Of a stretch of DNA of 64,000 nt, positions 57,138-64,000 are shown piece after piece. The stretch spans positions 1,054,001 through 1,118,000 of the forward strand of contig OZ251234.1 in assembly GCA_965240325.2 (NCBI GenBank), written 5' to 3'. The stretch is from Rebecca billardiae RCC1528 (taxonomy: Eukaryota > Protista > Haptophyta). The notes under the pieces are model-generated. The model saw nothing but the letters and a program-made list of their open reading frames with translations. It made no database searches and was not told where the DNA came from. Made by a program: the position numbers and the translations under genes. How positions within the stretch are numbered: the stretch's first letter is position 1; each line of letters starts with the position of its first letter.

Positions 57138-59273
57138 ATGACGACGACCGGGACGGCGGAGGATCTCGCCGCCGAGCGCGCGCGCGCCTCCTTCGACCCC
57201 GCCGAGGTGGAGGCACTTCTGCGCGGAGGCGCGCGCGCCGTGGAGGCACGCCACCGGCTGCTGGCGCGCATCGCCGCCGACCCGCTGCTCGGCACCGGCC
57301 GGCTCGATGACCACTTCCTCTCTCGCGCCGAGCGGTTCAAGCTGGGCTGCGCGCGCATGCGGCGCGTGTTCGAGCTGGGGCTCACGCGCGAGGAGGGCTT
57401 CGCCGAGCTCCGCCTCTTCCGCGAGGGCGGCGCGCTCGACAAGAACGGCGCGTTCGGGCTGCACACGGGCATGTTCATCCCGACGCTCGAGCTGCTCGGC
57501 ACCGACGCGCAGCGCGCAGAGTGGCTGCCGCGCGCGCGCTCGTGCGCCATCATCGGCACGTACGCGCAGACCGAGCTGGGCCACGGGACGAACCTGGCAG
57601 GGCTCGAGACCACCGCCGAGTACGACGCGCGCACGCAGGAGTTCGTCCTGCACACGCCCACCAAGACGGCGACCAAGTGGTGGCCGGGCGGTCTCGGCAA
57701 GTCCAGCACCCACGCCGTCGTGATGGCGCGGCTCACCACCCCCGACGGCGTCGGGCGCGGGCAGCAGTCGTTCGTCGTGCAGCTGCGCGACCTGCGCACG
57801 CACCTGCCGCTCCCCGGCATCGAGCTGGGCGACATCGGCCCAAAGTTTGGATACGGGAACGTCGACAACGGCTACTTGATCCTCGACCGCGTGCGCGTGC
57901 CGCGCGCGCACATGCTCGCGCGCTTCTCGTGCGTCGAGCCGGACGGCTCGTTCTCGACGACGGCGGACAACCCGAAGGCGGTGTACGGCACGATGCTCCA
58001 CGTGCGCGTGTACCTCGTCGAGGAGGCCTCGCTCGCCCTCGCGCACGCGACCACGATCGCCGCGCGCTACTCGGCAGTGCGCAGGCAGGGCGGCGGCGGC
58101 GGCGGCGGCGCGCACGGCGCCGAGCGCGCCGTCATAGACTATCAGACGCAGCAGGCGCGGCTGCTGCCGCTGATCGCGGGCGCGTACGCGGTGCACTTCG
58201 CCGCCGCCGCCGTGCGCCGGCGGTACGACCGCTTCCGCGAGACCTCCGACCTGCGCCTGCTCCCGGAGCTGCACGCCACCTCGAGCGCGCTCAAGTCGCA
58301 CTGCACGGGCCTCGCCGCGCGCGGCGTCGAGACGTGTCGCCTCCTGTGTGGTGGGCATGGCTACTCGATGGCGTCGGGGCTGCCGTCGCTGTACATGGAG
58401 TTCACGCCGTCGCAGACGTACGAGGGCGACAACGTCGTCCTGCTGCTGCAGTGCGCGCGTTGGATGGTTAAGCAGCTCGCGCACGGGGCCGCGGGCGGCG
58501 GCGAGCACGGCGGCGGTGACGGCGGCCGCAGCGGCAGCGGCGCCGCGCGCGCGGGCGCGAGCGGCGCGCTCATCGACCCGGACTCAGAGCTTGAGGACGT
58601 CGGGGCGTACCTGCGCAGGGCGGGCGCGGCGCCGAGCGAGGCCTCCGAGCCGCTCGCTCTCGCCCCGGCCGAGCTCGCCACCGAGCCGCGCGCGCTCCTC
58701 GGCCTGCTGCGCGAGGTGGCGCGCGTGCGTGCCATCCGCGCAGCGGCCGAGCTTGCACGGCACAGCGCCGGCGGGGGCGAGGCGCGCGCGGCGGAGGTGG
58801 CATGGAGCGAGCGCGCGAGCGTCGAGCTCGCGGCGGCGGCGAGCGCGCACGCGCGATACGTGCTCGCACTCTGCTTCCACTGCGCCGTCGCCCGCGCGCA
58901 CGCCGAGGCAGTCGCCTCGCGAGCCGCGCTCGCCGCGCTCGCGGCCGCCCGGGACCTCCACCTGCTGAGCGCTGCGGACGATCCGGACGTTGGCCGCACG
59001 CTGCTTGAGAGCGGGCGTGTGCGCGCCGAGCACACGCACGCGGTGCGCACGCGGCTCGGCGAGCTGCTCGCACGCGTGCGCCGCGACGCCGTCGCGCTCG
59101 TCGACGCGTTCGGCCTGACCGACCTCGAGCTCAACTCTGCCCTCGGCCGCGCCGACGGCGACGTGTACGGCGCGCTGTTGGACTGGGCGCGCCGCTCGCC
59201 GCTCAACCGCGCGCACGTGGTCGAGGGCTTCGAGGAGCACATCCGCCCGATCATGGGCGCGTGCAGCCTGTGA
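57138..59273 (+). CDS. ACOX1: Peroxisomal acyl-CoA oxidase
   Basis: LH.GMFIP, GTYAQTELGHG, KWWPGGLG, GDIGPK.G...VDNG, CGGHGYS, TYEGDNVVL, LNSALGR.DGDVY. Confidence 0.95.
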   Translation: MTTTGTAEDLAAERARASFDPAEVEALLRGGARAVEARHRLLARIAADPLLGTGRLDDHFLSRAERFKLGCARMRRVFELGLTREEGFAELRLFREGGALDKNGAFGLHTGMFIPTLELLGTDAQRAEWLPRARSCAIIGTYAQTELGHGTNLAGLETTAEYDARTQEFVLHTPTKTATKWWPGGLGKSSTHAVVMARLTTPDGVGRGQQSFVVQLRDLRTHLPLPGIELGDIGPKFGYGNVDNGYLILDRVRVPRAHMLARFSCVEPDGSFSTTADNPKAVYGTMLHVRVYLVEEASLALAHATTIAARYSAVRRQGGGGGGGAHGAERAVIDYQTQQARLLPLIAGAYAVHFAAAAVRRRYDRFRETSDLRLLPELHATSSALKSHCTGLAARGVETCRLLCGGHGYSMASGLPSLYMEFTPSQTYEGDNVVLLLQCARWMVKQLAHGAAGGGEHGGGDGGRSGSGAARAGASGALIDPDSELEDVGAYLRRAGAAPSEASEPLALAPAELATEPRALLGLLREVARVRAIRAAAELARHSAGGGEARAAEVAWSERASVELAAAASAHARYVLALCFHCAVARAHAEAVASRAALAALAAARDLHLLSAADDPDVGRTLLESGRVRAEHTHAVRTRLGELLARVRRDAVALVDAFGLTDLELNSALGRADGDVYGALLDWARRSPLNRAHVVEGFEEHIRPIMGACSL

Positions 59274-59597
59274 GCTCGAGCGCGAGCCGGGTACCAGGAT
59301 GATGACTCGTGACGAGTGTGGCGGCTGTCATCATAGTTAGACCAGCACATCATGTCTCAGATGTCTGGCCTACAGTATTGTACATGATACAGTAGTAACT
59401 AGTAGTAGCTAAACTTTAGCTTACTGAACTACAAGACACTGATGAGTGAACACTGACAGTGCAGTACTGCAGTGGGTGCGTCTTGCTCGTCGGCCGACGG
59501 CCGGTGACGATCGAACGATGGCGGCCATCCGCGGCGCGTGAACGAGCCAACTACACTCTGCCTGCTGGCCAGCAGGCAGCCTCCTGCGGCGCACGCG

Positions 59598-61851
59598 ATG
59601 CGAGGCCGCCTACTCATCGCCGCATGTGTCGTCGGGGCCATCGCGTTCTACGGCATGACGGCCGTGTGGCATCTGCTGCACGTCGACCAGCGCAGTTTTC
59701 CACGGGTCGCGTCGCCTGAGCGCGTGCGCGCGCGCGCGAGGCCTGTGGCTGCTGCGGCTGCGGAGATCTCGCCCGCGAGCACGGGCGCCCAGCCTAGCAC
59801 TCTCGACTGGCGCGAGGCGCTGAGACGCAGCCGCGCGGCCCGCTGCGCAAGCGCCACTGCGGGGCCCGTGCCCGGCTGCGAGCGATTGAGCGCGAGCGGT
59901 GCAAAGCCCAAGCTCACGCGCGCGCTCGTCGAGGCGCACGCGGACGAGTCGCGCACGATCTTCGTGGCGTTCACGAACTACGACTACATGGACTTCGCGC
60001 GCTCGTGGGTCTCCAACCTCGTGCGCGAGGGCGTCACCTCCCTCCTCGTCGGCGCGATGGACGAGGCGGCGCTGCTTGCGCTGGACGGGCTTGATGCGCC
60101 GTGTTTCATGATGAGCACGCCCGACGCGCTGGTCGGGCGGACCGACCTGCAGGGCAGCTCGCAGGGCCAGACGGAGTACCTCAAGCTCGGCTCGTTCAAG
60201 ACCGCCCTCGTCGCGCAGATCATCGGCTACGGCGTCGACGTCGTGCTCTCAGACACGGACAACATCATCATGCGAGACCCTCGGCCGTTTTTTGCGCGCT
60301 TCCCGCGCGCCGACGTGCTCTCGACGGCGGACCTGCTCGCGACCACGTCGACGGACGGCGGACTCGAGCGGCGCGTGCCGGAGGGCACGGCGCTCAACGT
60401 CGGGCTCATGCTGCTCCGCACCACCTCCGCGCCGCTCCTCCTCGAGTGGGCGGAGCACATGGCGAAGCACCCGATGCACTGGGACCAGGCGCGTGCACTG
60501 CCAGCGCGCGCCGCGCGCCTCGCGCAGCAGCCGCCACCGCCCCGTGCGCGGCGAGGCGAGGCGCTCGCAGCGAGCGCGCGCGCGCGTGCCCGTCGCGCGC
60601 CCGCGCGCTGCTCGCCCACACCACCCCGCGGGCCACGCGCGCGGCGCGCCTCAGGCGATCTTCAACGACTTTGTGAAGCGCGGCTGGGCCCCCTTGGGCA
60701 AGGGGCGTGAGCAGACGAGGGACAATGGACAGCTCGTGCGCTGCTACGGTGGGACGCTGTGGTGCGGCGTGCTCCCGGTGTCGCTCTTCTGCGGCGGGCA
60801 CCACTTCCACGCCGAGCACCTGCCGCACAAGCTCGGCCTCCGGCCGTACGCGCTGCACACCACCTTCATCAACTCCGGCACGCAGGGCAAGCGGCACCGT
60901 TTGCGCGAGGCCATGGTTTTCGAGGACCCGCCGGAGTACTACGACCCGCCGCAGGGGGTGCTCAGCTTCGCGATCGACGTGCCGTCCTCGCTGTACACGC
61001 CGCGCCGCTTCTCGCTCACGCAGCCCAGCGGCAAGCCGCAGTTCACCCTCGAGGAGCACTTCGCCCTCATCAACCACCAGCTCGCGCAGATCCGAGACGC
61101 GCTCGCGCTCGCCAACGCGACTGGCCGGCTGCTCGTGCTGCCGCCGCTCGTGTGCGGGCTCGACCGTTACTTCTACAGGCACGACGGTGTGTCGCCGGGC
61201 TCGGCGGTGCACCTGCCGCTGTGGGACTGCCCGGCGGACATGGTCCTCGCGCTCCAGCTCGGCATCAAGACGCCAGAGCGATGGCTGCGGGAGGCGCCGT
61301 TCCTGAGCAACCCGCGCACGCCGCCGAGCATCGCCGACCCTGCGCGCGGCGCGGAGCTCTCGCTCGAGCCCGCCGTGCTCGGCGTGGCGCCAGAGGGCGA
61401 CCGGGGCCTGAGGCACTCCGCCGCACTGCGCGACGCGGTGCTCGGCGCGCTGCGCGCGCCCGCCGTCGCGTCGGCGCGCGCGGTGCGACTGGTTGGCCGG
61501 CTGCCTGATGCGCAGGCGTGGATGGGTGAAAGTGAGTACCTGGCCTTCGAGGCGTTCGTCAGGCCCTGGGGCGACTTTTGGTGCTGCGGGCCGCTCGAGG
61601 GCTCGATGCCGCCGGACCAGCTCAAGCGCGTGAACGCCAACCACGAGCTCGGGCTCAAGACCAAGACCCACATCTATTACGACATGTTCTGGGACAAGGT
61701 GCCACACACGGACAGGCTCGGGCGCACGTGGAGGAGCAAGTGGCGCCCCATATACGGCGAGAAGTGGAACGTCACCGACGCCATGACCGACCCGTGGCGC
61801 TCGATGGTCGTGTTCGGCGTCGACCCGCGCGAGGCCAGCGCCAGGCACTGA
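59598..61851 (+). CDS. GT77 nucleotide-diphospho-sugar transferase, XEG113-like arabinosyltransferase; intron 60489-60654 (GC-AG)
   Basis: TM anchor; SDTD (DxD), WDQ.IFND, LFCGGH, GKRHRLREA..FEDPPEYY, LVLPPLVCGLDR, CP.D. Confidence 0.88.
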
Positions 61852-62293
61852 TCGGGCCAGGCTCGCGTCCGTCCTGCGGCGCTTCTTGCTCGCCGTCTCA
61901 GCCCCGATGATTGTATCCGCCACACACGTGACACACGCCATCGGCATCATGACGGGCCGTTTACATCTAGCTAGCTATGCCGGGGCAGACCGTCCGGGAA
62001 GGGCGTCCGAGGCGACTCATCCGTCAGGCGGACTCTGATCGACATTCTCATGATGCTGCTGCGACGACTACAGTAGTTTTACTATATACGATCATCTCTC
62101 ATCTCCCGATCTGCTCAAAGAGATTCTCTCGCGGCGATCTCTCTTACTCTCGATCTCACCAGGCTGACCAGCAGCAGCCAATAAGAAATATGATGGCGAT
62201 GCATATATCATCGCATGCTGACGATGTATGCCAATAATATGCGCTAAGCGCCTCAGACGCGAGTGTTCGTCCAGCCGCGCAGGGCTCGGTCAG

Positions 62294-64000
62294 TCAGTCG
62301 GTGCTGTGCCGGCGCACACGCAGCAGCGGATGCAACCACGCCTCCGTGCTCGCAGTGCACCCGCCGCTGCTGCGAGTGCTGACGCCGGCGTCGGCATCTG
62401 CTTTGGCGGACGTGGACGCGGGCATCAATGACCACAACCACGCCGCTGTGCTCGCGTTGCACGACGAGGAATGGGAACTGCGTGCGCCCGATAGCTCGCT
62501 ACCCGCGTCGCTGCCACTGCGGCTGCCGACATCGGCGGCGGGTGGCGCGCCACACGCGTCGCAATTCTGGCTGGGTCGGCGCGGGCTGGCCGGGCCCAGC
62601 GCGAACCGCTCCAGCATGTCGCCGATCGCGCTGACGCCTGCCCTGTCCTTGTCGTGGCACGCGTTCAGGCCGGCCGCCTCGAACGCGTTGCGCTCCGGGC
62701 AGCCTATCGGGTCGCCAGTCATGCCCACAATCACGCCGGTGAAGCCGCGATCGCGCAGCGCGCGCGCCGCCTCCTCGCCCGTCATTCTCGGCATCTGGTT
62801 GTCGAGCAGCACGACGGAGTATGCGCGGCCCTCCTCGGCGATCATGCGCACCGCCGCCGCGCCGTCCTCCGCCACGTCGAACGGCACGCCGAGCGGGCGG
62901 AACACGCGCAGCAGCATCGTGCGCCGCAGCATGGCGTCGTCCTCGACGTGAAGCACGCGGAAGTCAGCCGGCCAGGCGAGCGGCGAGGGCGTGCGCTTGC
63001 GCCGCGGCGGCGAGGGCTCGGCGGAGGCGGGGTCTGCCGCACACGGCTGCTCCGCGACGGGCGGCGGCACGCTGCCCTCGGGCGCGCGCGCCAGCGCGAG
63101 ATGCAGCCTGAACGCGGTGCCGCGCCCGGGCCCGTCCGAGCAGATCTCGAGCCTCGAGCCCTGGCCGTGCAGCTCGACCAGCTGCCGCACGATGCTCAGG
63201 CCGAGCCCGGTGCCGCCGCTGCCCTGCAGCTGGCCGCGGCCGACCTGCGTGAACGCCTCGCCGCTGTTGATGTCGCGGAGCTCGGCCTGCGAGAGTCCGC
63301 AGCCCGAGTCTGTCACCTCGACCACGAGCGCGTCCACGAGCGCGACCGTGGGCGTGACCGCGCCCGGCGGTCCCGCCGGGCCGTCGCCGGTCGCTGCGTG
63401 TGTCACGTCGGCGCGCAGCGTCACGCTGCCGCCCAGCTCGGTGAACTTGATCGCGTTGGAGATGCCGTTGTTAAGGCACTGCTGCAGCCGACGCGCGTCG
63501 CCGGTGTACGCCGTGTGCACGAGCGAGTCCGGCAGCGGCCGCGCGCGCAGCCGCACGCCCTTGGCCTTGGCCAGCCCGCCGAACGACGCGAGCGCCGCGT
63601 CGAGCAGCTGGCCGAAAAAGAAGGGCGCGGGCACGAGGACCAACCGGCCCGACTCGATGCGCTCGAAGTCGAGCATGTCCGAGACGATGTTCTGCATGAG
63701 CTCGGAGCACGTCGTGAGCGAGCGGAGGCTCCCAACGACCTCGGGCTCGGAGAGGCAGGTGGACGGCGGCGCCTCGGCGAGCACAGCGGCGAGGTTGGCC
63801 ACGGAGAGCAGCGGGCTGCGCAGGTCGTGCATCACCATCCGAATCAGCCGGCTCCGCGCCGCCTTGGCCGCCTCGCGCTCCGCCTCGTCGCGGACGCGCA
63901 GCTGCCGCTCGTACGCGCCGTGCTCGACGGAGCGGTAGAAGTGGTACGCGCCGCGGTGCACGCGCGAGATCTGCGCGTTCGTCACGATCAGCACGACGAC
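62294..64000 (-). CDS. Hybrid sensor histidine kinase (HisKA-HATPase-REC), 5' part outside window
   Basis: H-box MHDLRSPL, N-box NGISNAIKFT, DSGCG, GTGLGL; receiver VLHVEDD, LLDNQMP.MTG. Confidence 0.93.
   Translation of the reverse strand, partial: VVVLIVTNAQISRVHRGAYHFYRSVEHGAYERQLRVRDEAEREAAKAARSRLIRMVMHDLRSPLLSVANLAAVLAEAPPSTCLSEPEVVGSLRSLTTCSELMQNIVSDMLDFERIESGRLVLVPAPFFFGQLLDAALASFGGLAKAKGVRLRARPLPDSLVHTAYTGDARRLQQCLNNGISNAIKFTELGGSVTLRADVTHAATGDGPAGPPGAVTPTVALVDALVVEVTDSGCGLSQAELRDINSGEAFTQVGRGQLQGSGGTGLGLSIVRQLVELHGQGSRLEICSDGPGRGTAFRLHLALARAPEGSVPPPVAEQPCAADPASAEPSPPRRKRTPSPLAWPADFRVLHVEDDAMLRRTMLLRVFRPLGVPFDVAEDGAAAVRMIAEEGRAYSVVLLDNQMPRMTGEEAARALRDRGFTGVIVGMTGDPIGCPERNAFEAAGLNACHDKDRAGVSAIGDMLERFALGPASPRRPSQNCDACGAPPAADVGSRSGSDAGSELSGARSSHSSSCNASTAAWLWSLMPASTSAKADADAGVSTRSSGGCTASTEAWLHPLLRVRRHSTD

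Noticed and set aside
59262-59273. Novel peroxisomal signal from the ACOX C-terminus CSL
   Set aside because: Plausibly just a weak PTS1 variant; nothing testable from the sequence alone.
3637-63938. Numerous long antisense or alternate-frame ORFs overlapping real genes
   Set aside because: Shadow ORFs expected from very high GC3; Arg/Ala/Pro-biased with no motifs.

Overview
GC-rich, gene-dense eukaryotic nuclear DNA. It has short spliceosomal introns (donor G[T/C]GCG, several GC-AG), bipartite plastid-targeting leaders and flagellar genes, so it is most likely a haptophyte-type alga (inference). About 20 genes are recognisable: TruB, HYKK-like kinase, TMEM41/VTT, class II DAHP synthase, snapin, TRAPPC2, PsbQ-like lumen protein, XRRA1-like LRR, SUMO, sulfotransferase, nuclear plastid-targeted SecA, neuferricin, papain protease, TTLL, delta-tubulin, acyl-CoA oxidase, XEG113-like GT77 and a hybrid histidine kinase. 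The most notable unexplained structure is a family of non-autonomous elements (4 complete copies plus 1 orphan end within 1.9-36.4 kb). They share a terminal 5' GGCCCGCGGTG(CA), its inverted copy ~45 nt inside the 3' end, a terminal GACCGCG-GAA-CGCGGTC hairpin and A^T junctions without a longer TSD. This is a Helentron/Helitron2-like rolling-circle architecture, and the interiors are largely unrelated (1.3-5.3 kb). One copy carries a nested Tc1/mariner-type MITE whose empty site is visible in the sister copy. Other notable items: a 260-bp structured insert flanked by an apparently exact 560-bp duplication of a bidirectional promoter, an ankyrin-like + 41-aa repeat + CHAT (caspase-like) protease, and an HTH + RIN13-like Zn-module protein.
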